Positions 19,333-28,429 of a DNA stretch of 64,000 nt are shown here, in pieces. The stretch is taken from the IMG/VR virus record IMGVR_UViG_3300028844_006787. The stretch is one strand, 5' to 3'. The DNA comes from a virus (Duplodnaviria; Caudoviricetes). The notes under the pieces are model-generated. The model made no database searches. It was not told the origin of the DNA and worked only from the letters and a program-made list of their open reading frames with translations. Within the stretch, counting starts at the first letter, position 1; each line of letters starts with the position of its first letter. The translations under genes and the position numbers were made by a program.

Positions 19333-20616
19333 TTAAGCAAGTATCTTATTGATTATTTTACCATCGTGGGCAACCTTGAACGGACGACCACTTGGTGAAT
19401 AATGAGTTTTTTCTAATCTTAAACCAAGAGTATGAGCAATCGTCGCATTAAGGTCTTCTACGGATGCTCCTTCTTCTTCTATATAGTGTGCCCGTTTATC
19501 ACTAACTCCATATACACTTCCACCTTTAATGCCCCCTCCTGCAAGCAATGCACTAAATGCAGTAGGATGATGATCACGACCTACACGACCTGCTTTAACT
19601 TCAGGTGTTCTTCCGAATTCACTAGCAACAACAACCATTGTATCGTTTAGTTTGCCCCGTCTATCTAAATCCAATAATAATGCTGATAATCCTTGGTCAA
19701 GTGTAGCACCACGTGTTGCCATTCCACCGAATACATCATTGTGCATATCCCAACCACCAAGTTGTACTTCAACGAAACGTACACCGGTTTCCACCAAACG
19801 ACGTGCAAGCAAGCATCCTTGTCCAAAGTTATTGTCTCCATACAACTCACGTGTTGCTTCAGTTTCTTCACTTAAATCAAATGCTTTTAGATCGTTGCTA
19901 CTCATTAATTTTACAGCATCGTTATATAAATCAGTATAAGCACGAACTTGCTTTTGTGAATATTCATTCAAAAACATTTTGTTGAACTCTTTTGCAGTTG
20001 TTAAACGATCATCATAAAGATTCTGCTCAAGATAATCTGCTACACGTGAGTTTTGAATTCCACTACCAGGACGACCGATGGGAAGTGGTCCATGTTTGCT
20101 TTCAAGAAATCCTGCACCAAGAACATCACTTCCTCCGTTGATGCGTACATGAGCAGGAAGAGTTGCATTTAATTTACCTGATAAATGACTTACCCAACTA
20201 CCTAAAGTTGGATGTTTGATTGTTCCTCTGCGTTGATATGATGTATGAAGCAAGTAATTTGCTTGTTGGTGTGCTCCTTGATTACTTGTTAAACTACGAA
20301 TCAAAGAAGCATTGTGCATTTGCTTTGCAGTATTCGGCAACCAATGTCCTAATTGAATTCCATCGGCACTTGTTGAAATCGCAGTTGTTTCACCCATTAC
20401 ATCAGGATTCTCAGGTTTAGGATCAAATGTATCTACATGAGTCATTCCACCTGACATATACAAAAAGATTACATGACGAGCAGTAGGTACTTTTCCAGGT
20501 ACCTCAAACGCAAGTAAATCTTCCGTACTTAAAATAGCACCAACTCCTAAACAAGTTTTTGCTATTCCTTTAATAAAACTTCTTCTTGATAATTCGTCTT
20601 TTAATAGATTTTCCAT
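19333..20616 (-). CDS. DUF1501 family Tat-exported protein
   Basis: SRRSFIK Tat motif, GGMTHVDTFDPKP, GCLLARRLVE.GV, GGWDMH, SEFGRTP, GRDHH. Confidence 0.92.
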   Translation of the reverse strand: MENLLKDELSRRSFIKGIAKTCLGVGAILSTEDLLAFEVPGKVPTARHVIFLYMSGGMTHVDTFDPKPENPDVMGETTAISTSADGIQLGHWLPNTAKQMHNASLIRSLTSNQGAHQQANYLLHTSYQRRGTIKHPTLGSWVSHLSGKLNATLPAHVRINGGSDVLGAGFLESKHGPLPIGRPGSGIQNSRVADYLEQNLYDDRLTTAKEFNKMFLNEYSQKQVRAYTDLYNDAVKLMSSNDLKAFDLSEETEATRELYGDNNFGQGCLLARRLVETGVRFVEVQLGGWDMHNDVFGGMATRGATLDQGLSALLLDLDRRGKLNDTMVVVASEFGRTPEVKAGRVGRDHHPTAFSALLAGGGIKGGSVYGVSDKRAHYIEEEGASVEDLNATIAHTLGLRLEKTHYSPSGRPFKVAHDGKIINKILA

Positions 20617-20640
20617 GATATTTCTTTCTTTATAAGTATT

Positions 20641-22764
20641 TTATCGTATAAAAATGAATTCGTGTGAGTTCATAAGAATCCACGCAACGTGTCTTGCTCC
20701 GTTTGGTTCATCTATATACTTTTTGAGTAAACGCAGTTCGGCACTATTTGGTTTGCGATTTAGTATACTCATAAAAATGTCCTCAATTTTTCCTGTTTCA
20801 CGTTTTTCTTGTGCCATTTGTTTCATAAAGTCTGCGTTTTTGTTATTGATAATACGTTTTTCCACGAAACCATTCAGCAGATTAAGAACCTGTGGTGTTG
20901 TTGCTTCAAAGTTTGAGTTTTCAATAAGTGCTTTGTCACTTCCACCAAACTGACGAATAAGATGCCCACCAGGAGCAGGATAACCCACATAACTGCTTCT
21001 TATTAAATCACGATCTTTTAATTTCTTTGCTTCGTATTTACCTTCTGCTTCATTTAATTGCTGAACCACATCCGCAAGATTACGACTTGGTTTTTCTGTG
21101 TTTGCTAGATACTCTTTAAGTTCCGCAAAAATGTCACTTGCGTTTTGATCTTTGTAACGATCATAAACTGCTTGATACTTTTCATCGTAATTGCTCGGAA
21201 ATCGTTCAGGTGAATCAATATCATTATATACCAATGTTACCAATGAATCCCAAATTTGTTCTCCTGTCATTCTTTGAAGAGGAGGTCCTGCAAAGTAAAA
21301 TGTTTCGGGACTTGCATAATCATCTTTAACACTATCACGTGTAAATAAATCCATGCTATAAAGAACCCTCATAAATTCTTTTACATCATAATCAACCGAT
21401 GCCATAATTTTCTCAAGATAACTAAGTAGTTTCGGATTGCTTGACTCGGTGTTGTCGTTCATATCATCCACGGGTTCAATCAATCCAATTCCAAATGCTC
21501 GTTTCCATAAACGATTCACAATAACAGTAGTAAATCGTGGATTTGCTTCTGATGTAATCCATTCCGCAAATTGTTTGCGACTTTTAGGTAAATCAGTTCC
21601 TTGCTCAATTTTCAATGGTGGTGCAAATATTGCTTTCGCATGAAGTGTATCACCAGGTTTAGCATCATCTTCCATAAACGAATCATTAAGTTTGATTGTT
21701 CCTTTTCCAAGTTCATCGTCTAGTCCGTATCCAAGAATATCACGAATATAATTTCGATATTGTTGTAGTGTGTTATTTTCCGGTGATGTATCTTGACGAA
21801 CAAGACGATTAAATTCATTTACCAATTTAGAGTTTTCTTTGTATTGAACACGACTAACTCCGTCTGTGAATGCGGCCATTTCATAAAACTGCTTTTGTGT
21901 CCATTTATCAAATGGATGATTATGACACATAGCACATTCTAAACGAGTTCCAAGAAACACTTGTACCGTGTTTGCAAGGTTATCTAATGGCATACCACGA
22001 TCACGAAGATAAAAACCTATTGCTTCGTTGCCTGGTTCATAATAAGCACCTTCTGATGCAATTAGTTTTTGCACGAACTCATCAAACGGAGTATTATTGC
22101 GAATTTCATTGCGAACAAACTCACGATAACGAAATCCACTATTAATGTTTGTATCATTAAGTTTGTTTTGAATACGAAGAATATCACTATAATAATTCAA
22201 CTGATGACTAATATAACCTTCACTATTCAACAACTTATTGATTAGTTTGAGTTTATTTCCACGCATTTCATTTTTAAATTCATCTATTTCAGATTTACCA
22301 GGAATCCTACCTATTATTTTAAGATATGCTCTACGCATAAATGTATAATCATCAGTATCACGAGTTGGTCTTTGACGTTCACTACGAAGTTTCTCAAGAA
22401 CCAACGCATCTGCATAAGCCGCAAACTGCTTGATTTGCTTTTCTTTTAGTGGTCTTTCTAATTTAGGCACATTGTAATCTGCCGTCATATAATCATCTTT
22501 GATCATGCGTTGCGAAACTAAAGCAAGAGCATTTACATTTAAACGAAACAACTGCAAATCACCTTCTCGTTGAAACAATACAGATTCTCCGTCAAACTCG
22601 ATAACTTTACCGGTTTGCTCCTTTCCGTTGGCACTAATAATCGTAACTATCTTTCTTTCCTGAGATAGTTCATCAAGTTTATCTTTGTCAATTCTACTAC
22701 CCGACTCTGAATATACTGGAACACAAATCAATAGCAATGTTGCTATAAACGTAATATATTTCAT
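20641..22764 (-). CDS. DUF1549/DUF1553 (PSD1-type) secreted protein with CxxCH
   Basis: Signal peptide, FMRRAYL..IGRIP, FLGTRLECAMCHNHPFDKW, VNRLWKRAFG.GLIEPVDD, EQIWDSL. Confidence 0.92.
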   Translation of the reverse strand: MKYITFIATLLLICVPVYSESGSRIDKDKLDELSQERKIVTIISANGKEQTGKVIEFDGESVLFQREGDLQLFRLNVNALALVSQRMIKDDYMTADYNVPKLERPLKEKQIKQFAAYADALVLEKLRSERQRPTRDTDDYTFMRRAYLKIIGRIPGKSEIDEFKNEMRGNKLKLINKLLNSEGYISHQLNYYSDILRIQNKLNDTNINSGFRYREFVRNEIRNNTPFDEFVQKLIASEGAYYEPGNEAIGFYLRDRGMPLDNLANTVQVFLGTRLECAMCHNHPFDKWTQKQFYEMAAFTDGVSRVQYKENSKLVNEFNRLVRQDTSPENNTLQQYRNYIRDILGYGLDDELGKGTIKLNDSFMEDDAKPGDTLHAKAIFAPPLKIEQGTDLPKSRKQFAEWITSEANPRFTTVIVNRLWKRAFGIGLIEPVDDMNDNTESSNPKLLSYLEKIMASVDYDVKEFMRVLYSMDLFTRDSVKDDYASPETFYFAGPPLQRMTGEQIWDSLVTLVYNDIDSPERFPSNYDEKYQAVYDRYKDQNASDIFAELKEYLANTEKPSRNLADVVQQLNEAEGKYEAKKLKDRDLIRSSYVGYPAPGGHLIRQFGGSDKALIENSNFEATTPQVLNLLNGFVEKRIINNKNADFMKQMAQEKRETGKIEDIFMSILNRKPNSAELRLLKKYIDEPNGARHVAWILMNSHEFIFIR

Positions 22765-22840
22765 CTTAATAAGTTATAATACCATAAATATATACAATTA
22801 TGACTTATTTTGCAACTTTTTTTGTTGCGTTACGACATTT

Positions 22841-23902
22841 TTACTTGAATTCTTTTTTAATTTTTGCTTCAGATGGATTTCTTAACTTTTTTCCGTTCGG
22901 TAAAACTACATTATGAAATGTCGTGGGATACCGATAAAAAGGTTTTCCATAAACACTATAACTTAATACAATAGAATTCTGAATAGTGAACTTACTTCCA
23001 TCTTCAAACTCAAATGACATTGTGTTGCGATTATGATTTCCGTCAACATTTACACCAATGCCACGACCACCAACAATCACACTAAGTTTCATTTTCATTT
23101 TGTAAACAAACTTTTCAACACCTTCTTTGGCATTTTGTTTTGCAGTATCTTTTAATATCTTTTTGTAATCTGATTTAAGTGTATACGCATATCCACCTCG
23201 TTCGTTACTATCATACTTGTTATCAAGAAAACGATTTAATATTTTGTTAAGATGATAATTTGATTTAGATTTATATAAATCGTAAGTGCTTGTGACTTTA
23301 TGCTTTTTTGCATCTTTTTGATATTGATCAATGATCATTTCATAATAATCTTCAAAGTTTTCTTGCAACTCTTTTTCAAATCCTTTACCGATTTTTTCAA
23401 GTTCTTCTTCAATTTCTTTGCTAATAGCACCTTTAGGTATACTTGGTTTATTTGATCCCACACCAATCTGACGTTTAACAACATCATTTTTCATTGCTTT
23501 TAAAGTAATCGCAATTTTTTCCCAAGGTTCACACGCAGTCATTGCATCTTTAACCATCTTACTTGCTCTAGGACCTCTGATTGTTCTTTTAAGTTGCTTT
23601 GCAGTTCTTTTAAGATATCCGGGAACATGAAGAACACTATTCGGAAAAGAATATTTGTATTCTTCTGTTTCACCTGCTTCTTTTTGTGCATTCCAAACCG
23701 TAAATTCGTTTGCTCCACTTAACCTAGATCCATTCGTTGCAATATCAAATGCACGTGAAACATCACTTTTGATTTTCTGAAATTGTGGATTTGGAATTTT
23801 TTGTCCTGATTTCCAATTCTGAACAAACTCTATCGAGTCTTTGTGTTTTGCATCAACCGTTTGAGATAATCGTATCTCGTTAACTATTCTCATGTATCTC
23901 AT
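22841..23902 (-). CDS. Conserved phage hypothetical protein
   Basis: 353 aa ORF after promoter copy 8; C-terminal FYRYPTTFHNV motif. Confidence 0.75.
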   Translation of the reverse strand: MRYMRIVNEIRLSQTVDAKHKDSIEFVQNWKSGQKIPNPQFQKIKSDVSRAFDIATNGSRLSGANEFTVWNAQKEAGETEEYKYSFPNSVLHVPGYLKRTAKQLKRTIRGPRASKMVKDAMTACEPWEKIAITLKAMKNDVVKRQIGVGSNKPSIPKGAISKEIEEELEKIGKGFEKELQENFEDYYEMIIDQYQKDAKKHKVTSTYDLYKSKSNYHLNKILNRFLDNKYDSNERGGYAYTLKSDYKKILKDTAKQNAKEGVEKFVYKMKMKLSVIVGGRGIGVNVDGNHNRNTMSFEFEDGSKFTIQNSIVLSYSVYGKPFYRYPTTFHNVVLPNGKKLRNPSEAKIKKEFK

Positions 23903-23911
23903 TCTTTATAT

Positions 23912-23940
23912 AATCTAGCAAAATTATTATAAAAAGTCAA
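23912..23940 (-). promoter_or_regulatory. Conserved-spacer promoter copy 8 (TTGACT-17-TAGATT)
   Basis: Member of 16-copy repeat. Confidence 0.85.
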
Positions 23941-24085
23941 GATAATTATTTGCATTTACAATCAGAGCAATTTATTTTACAAGGTTCGCAATAGCAGTAA
24001 TTATCTCCGTTACATTTCTTAAGAGTTCTTACATTAGAAGTATTGCAACCCAATAAAAATAAAGAAAATATAGCAATTAAGTATT

Positions 24086-24802
24086 TCATTTTTTATTAAG
24101 AAGTTTTTCGGAGTTCCATAAATCAGCAGGATTCTGTGCAAGATCAAGAACTTGAATTCTTGCTTTTGTAACTCCATGTTTATCAGTTAAAATTTTTACA
24201 ATCTTTTTTGCTTCTGCGTGAGATTTTGCTTTGGTGTAAAGTAACTCTTCACGTTTTGCTCCTGGTGGTATTCCCCAAATTGGAAACTCTTTTTCAGATT
24301 CGTGTATTCCTCCTGCAGGATTTACATCTAGATCATTAGTCATATCAGAGGCAAGATAATCACGAGCAATATTAAGATAGTCCGCAGATTTGCTTACTTT
24401 ATCCATTAACCAATTTGGTATATCTTCATCGTCATTCATATTCGCAAGCATTTGTAATATGTTTTCTGAATCTTCACACGCAAGTTTAAGTTTTCTTCTA
24501 AGATAAGAAGCATCTCCTTTACCTGAATGATCTTCATTTATATCCTCGGAAAAACTTACTTTTTTATCTTTTGCATTTACAACATAAGTTGTTTGTTTTG
24601 CATTGTGCTTTTTAGCACTTTTTATTGCATCTTTTTGATTTGAAAACTTTTTACGATTGTCATAATCTGTGAACTTATTGTTGTCCCCAAGATACATTTC
24701 ATCGTTTTGTGCATTTGGACGTTTAACAAAAAATTCTGCTTCTGTTAATGCAGATAATTCTTCTCGGACAATTTCTTTGAGTTTTTGCTTTGTAATTTTC
24801 AT
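24086..24802 (-). CDS. MKITK-leader modular protein (three modules)
   Basis: MKITKQKLKEIVREELSALTE leader; internal INE and IHE junctions. Confidence 0.8.
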   Translation of the reverse strand: MKITKQKLKEIVREELSALTEAEFFVKRPNAQNDEMYLGDNNKFTDYDNRKKFSNQKDAIKSAKKHNAKQTTYVVNAKDKKVSFSEDINEDHSGKGDASYLRRKLKLACEDSENILQMLANMNDDEDIPNWLMDKVSKSADYLNIARDYLASDMTNDLDVNPAGGIHESEKEFPIWGIPPGAKREELLYTKAKSHAEAKKIVKILTDKHGVTKARIQVLDLAQNPADLWNSEKLLNKK

Positions 24803-25104
24803 TATTTAATTCCATGTTTCACAAGAAACTTTTTTGCAAGAATCACACCACTATGAGGTGTTTCCATTTTGTATCTTTCGGTATTACTTAACTTTTGATA
24901 TGCTCTAAAAACATTTTTAAGTTTATCTACATCATATGAAGTTTCTTTTGATAAATGATCAACAAATTTTTTTTCATTACTATATCGTCTCATATCAAAT
25001 GAAATCTGATTGATAATGAATTGAAAGTCGGTCAATTGCTCATTTAGAACTGCAAATTCCTCTCGGACAATTTGCTTGATTCTGTTTTTGGAAATTTTCA
25101 TCAA
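24802..25104 (-). CDS. MKISK-leader protein
   Basis: MKISKNRIKQIVREEFAVLNE leader; payload homologous to C-terminus of 26880..27782. Confidence 0.8.
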   Translation of the reverse strand: MMKISKNRIKQIVREEFAVLNEQLTDFQFIINQISFDMRRYSNEKKFVDHLSKETSYDVDKLKNVFRAYQKLSNTERYKMETPHSGVILAKKFLVKHGIK

Positions 25105-25685
25105 TGATCTCTTGCTTTCTTACGAAGACGTTTAAGTGCATTAAATACTTCTCCAATTGCAAGACGATCTTGTTCTACAAAATACAATAAATCACAAACT
25201 GCGTGAGTAACTTCACCAGCATATCCTTTTAGTTTATTGTTTTTTGATACTTTGCGGATTGCAGTATGCATATCAAAATACAGTGATTGAAACTCTTTAA
25301 ATTCTGATTTACCGTTTGCTGAACTTTCATCAACGTCTGCTTCACTTATATTAAGTTTTGCTTTGATTGCTTTTTTAAGAATTGTATCACGTTGAGCATC
25401 GTTTTGTGACATCCATACACTATCGTATGTATTGCCATCTCCGTTGTCGTACAAATCTGTATTAAGTTTTTTTGGAAGAATTTTATGAAATAGACGATTG
25501 TTGTAACTATCTTTTCCACCTGCAATTTTAGCAAATACCATACGCAGAGTATTTTTAACAGTTTTGAAATCTGTATCTTTATCAACAAGATTTGCTTTTT
25601 TCATATTATCAAGAATCACAAGTGCGTCTTTTAAAAACTGCTTTTTGTGTTCAGGTGATACTTTTACTTCATTTACTTTTTTCAT
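25101..25685 (-). CDS. Modular protein of leader array (short MKKVNE leader)
   Basis: VNE at N-terminus, internal ISE junction. Confidence 0.75.
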   Translation of the reverse strand: MKKVNEVKVSPEHKKQFLKDALVILDNMKKANLVDKDTDFKTVKNTLRMVFAKIAGGKDSYNNRLFHKILPKKLNTDLYDNGDGNTYDSVWMSQNDAQRDTILKKAIKAKLNISEADVDESSANGKSEFKEFQSLYFDMHTAIRKVSKNNKLKGYAGEVTHAVCDLLYFVEQDRLAIGEVFNALKRLRKKARDH

Positions 25686-25978
25686 TTGTCATCGGGTCCT
25701 ATTGCTAAATGATTTTTGAATATTCCGAAGATTTCATTGCTAGGAATATATCCAGGAAGAAGTTTGCTTAAATCAGTTGCAGACATTCTTTTTTTCTTTT
25801 TTAAATCTTTTTCAAGTTGTTTCATTCCTTTTGAACCAAGATACTCATCTTCCCAATCAAGATTCTTTTTGATGGTGTCAAGAATAGTTTGTGTTGGTAA
25901 GTCCTTGGAAGTATGAGGACGCATTTCGTTGAGTTCCTCACGAACGATTTGTTTAAGTTGTTCTTTTGTAATTTTCAT
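25682..25978 (-). CDS. MKITK-leader protein
   Basis: MKITKEQLKQIVREELNE leader. Confidence 0.8.
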   Translation of the reverse strand: MKITKEQLKQIVREELNEMRPHTSKDLPTQTILDTIKKNLDWEDEYLGSKGMKQLEKDLKKKKRMSATDLSKLLPGYIPSNEIFGIFKNHLAIGPDDK

Positions 25979-25984
25979 TTTAAA

Positions 25985-26344
25985 TTATTTTTTTAAAATA
26001 CTTTCTATTTTGTTGATATAAGTTTTAAGTGTTTTTAAATAAATTTTTGAATCAGTAACTATATTACCTGTTGGTTTAAATTTAAAAGTTTTACTGAAAA
26101 CTACATTACCATCTTCATCGTTTACTTGAATTGGTATTACTTCTTGTCCGTCCCATCCTAGTGTGGCATAAATTGTACAATCAGGAAACTTTGGATTTTC
26201 CCATGCCCAACTTCCACTCATTCCTTCTACTTCGAGTTTCCAACCCATAAGATTTACTCGTTTTTGTAAAAGAAATTTTTTAAGATTTACATTATCTACT
26301 TCTTCACGAATAATTTCTTTTAATCTGTTTTTTGAAATTTTCAT
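25985..26344 (-). CDS. MKISK-leader protein
   Basis: MKISKNRLKEIIREE leader. Confidence 0.8.
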   Translation of the reverse strand: MKISKNRLKEIIREEVDNVNLKKFLLQKRVNLMGWKLEVEGMSGSWAWENPKFPDCTIYATLGWDGQEVIPIQVNDEDGNVVFSKTFKFKPTGNIVTDSKIYLKTLKTYINKIESILKK

Positions 26345-26883
26345 AACGAAGTTCTAAGACCTGTATGTTGTTCAAACGCATCACGAAGCATATCCGCATA
26401 AATTCCTTTTGCCTTGCTTTTTACTTTTTCTTTGTAGTTTCTTACCGAAAGAAATTCAACATCGTAAGTGTCCATGCTATTCAAATTAATACGAACATAA
26501 TTTACACCTTTTGAATTTCTTCCGATTTTAAATACAACTCCTTTTGGTCCCAAAAAGAAATCTTTTGCTCCAGTCATTGCAATGAAACGACCACCACCTA
26601 GTTGTTTAATAACTTCAGCACCTTGTCGTTTATCCATTCCTTCTGTTATGGATTTCAATTCTTCCTTAATAATTTCTTTGAGTTTTTCTTTGATGTCACT
26701 TATAGGAATAATATCTTCTTCACCCGAAGATGGTTTTACTTTTACAAAGTTGTGTGCGAAACCTTTTCCTTTTCCACCGAGTTTAAGCACTTTTGCTTTT
26801 TTATTATTTTTAAGAGTTACAGTATCTCCGACTTTTAATTCTTCACGAATTATTTCTTTTAGTTTTTGTTTTGTGATTTTCAT
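26341..26883 (-). CDS. MKITK-leader protein with SH3/KOW-like module, second leader copy and QLGGxRF module
   Basis: Leader at N-terminus and again as KEKLKEIIKEELKSITE. Confidence 0.8.
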   Translation of the reverse strand: MKITKQKLKEIIREELKVGDTVTLKNNKKAKVLKLGGKGKGFAHNFVKVKPSSGEEDIIPISDIKEKLKEIIKEELKSITEGMDKRQGAEVIKQLGGGRFIAMTGAKDFFLGPKGVVFKIGRNSKGVNYVRINLNSMDTYDVEFLSVRNYKEKVKSKAKGIYADMLRDAFEQHTGLRTSL

Positions 26884-27782
26884 TTTTTGATTCCTAACTT
26901 TGCAAGAAACTTTTTCATTTTACCTACATCAGTTTGCAGTTCAAATCTATCTTTAGCATTTACTTTCCAATATGCTTTAAACAACTTGATAAGTGTTTTT
27001 TCATCGTATTGAGTATCATCTGACATAAATTTAGCAAAATCACGTTCGGTGTAGTGATCCATTGCATTACTAAGTTGATCAATTAGAAAATCATAATCGG
27101 ACATTGCTTCCGTTACAAAATCTTCTTTAAGTGATGCTTGTAGTTTTTTTAAAATCTTAGCAATGTGTTTTTTAACATCACCTCTAAGTCTACTTTTGTT
27201 TTTTGCAACAATGTCGGCAAGATAATCTACTTTGAAATACTTTAATCCTTTTGTAGTTGCCATAGGATGTGATTCATATCCAAGTGCGTTGATTAAACCA
27301 ACTGCAAGTTGTTGCTCAAGTGAAGATAAAGCACTTGCGTCTATATTTGCTCCACCTTCTTCTGAAATGCCTTCACGTCTCATGCGTTTTCCACGTTTAT
27401 TGGTTTTTCCACCACGTTCATCCCAAACAGAACCCTTGCATTGTTTCATTGCCTCGGAATAAGAATAACCCATTCCCATGTAATCTTGAATGCAGTCGTG
27501 CATTTCTTCGTTGATTGCTTCTGCAAGACGAACTTCACGTTTGTCTCCACCATAAAGTGTTACAGTTGAAGTGCGACCTTTTTTTTGTACATCAACGTGA
27601 CCTTTTAGTTTTCCACTATCATGCACCTTAACAACAACTCCATCGTGGTTACCATTAAATTTTACTTCATCACCAACTTTAAACTTTTGGTTTTCATTAA
27701 CAAGTTCTAATAACACTTCACGAATAATATCTTTAATCTTGTGATGTGATTCTGTTTCATTTGTTTCCTGTGAATTTTCCAT
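26880..27782 (-). CDS. Multi-module protein heading the leader array (start corrected to MENSQ)
   Basis: KIKDIIREVLLELVNE leader variant; ATATTTAT 5 nt upstream of ATG. Confidence 0.8.
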   Translation of the reverse strand: MENSQETNETESHHKIKDIIREVLLELVNENQKFKVGDEVKFNGNHDGVVVKVHDSGKLKGHVDVQKKGRTSTVTLYGGDKREVRLAEAINEEMHDCIQDYMGMGYSYSEAMKQCKGSVWDERGGKTNKRGKRMRREGISEEGGANIDASALSSLEQQLAVGLINALGYESHPMATTKGLKYFKVDYLADIVAKNKSRLRGDVKKHIAKILKKLQASLKEDFVTEAMSDYDFLIDQLSNAMDHYTERDFAKFMSDDTQYDEKTLIKLFKAYWKVNAKDRFELQTDVGKMKKFLAKLGIKK

Positions 27783-27841
27783 AACAATAAATATATATTT
27801 GTTTGATAAAGAATTCAACCAAATATAGTGAATTATGGATA

Positions 27842-28411
27842 TTATTCGTTCATTTCAGGAATATCTAAGTATAATTTGGTAGTTGGATTGCCATTGGCAT
27901 CTTTATCAACTACTTTGATTATCTTACACTTCTTTGGATTTGCTACAAATTTCTTTGGTTCTCCATCTGAATCAAGTAATCTATGTAGTCCTGGTTTTGG
28001 GTTGATTTCAACACACTCTAATAAGTCTTTTCCATTGTGTTCACCTGCATCATATGAATGAGGATATAATCCTTCTTCTTGATTTAAGTAACCAATTATT
28101 CGTCCGTATTTTAATGTACTTCCAATTTTATACGAAACATACTTACCAACATCAAATGTTTCTTTTTTAAATAGATTTCTTCTTGGTGTATATCGTTTTA
28201 GTTTGCTTCGTTTTGTTTTGAATCTTTTTAATTGAGAAGATGCAGTTTCAATTTGCTCAAGTGTTTTGGGATCAATCTCAATACACTCTATCGTTGGATC
28301 ACTTGGATCGTCTGATAATATTGCTACAATTTCTCCGATTCTTTTTTTACCTTTTACGGATACGGTTTCTTTTATCGTATCTCCGATTTTCAATGATCTC
28401 TTTTTAGTCAT
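27842..28411 (-). CDS. Hypothetical protein with two SH3/KOW-like repeats
   Basis: KIGDTI..G.I...IECIEIDP and DVGKYV..G.I...LECVEINP. Confidence 0.7.
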   Translation of the reverse strand: MTKKRSLKIGDTIKETVSVKGKKRIGEIVAILSDDPSDPTIECIEIDPKTLEQIETASSQLKRFKTKRSKLKRYTPRRNLFKKETFDVGKYVSYKIGSTLKYGRIIGYLNQEEGLYPHSYDAGEHNGKDLLECVEINPKPGLHRLLDSDGEPKKFVANPKKCKIIKVVDKDANGNPTTKLYLDIPEMNE

Positions 28412-28429
28412 GCTATTCTTTCTTTAATA

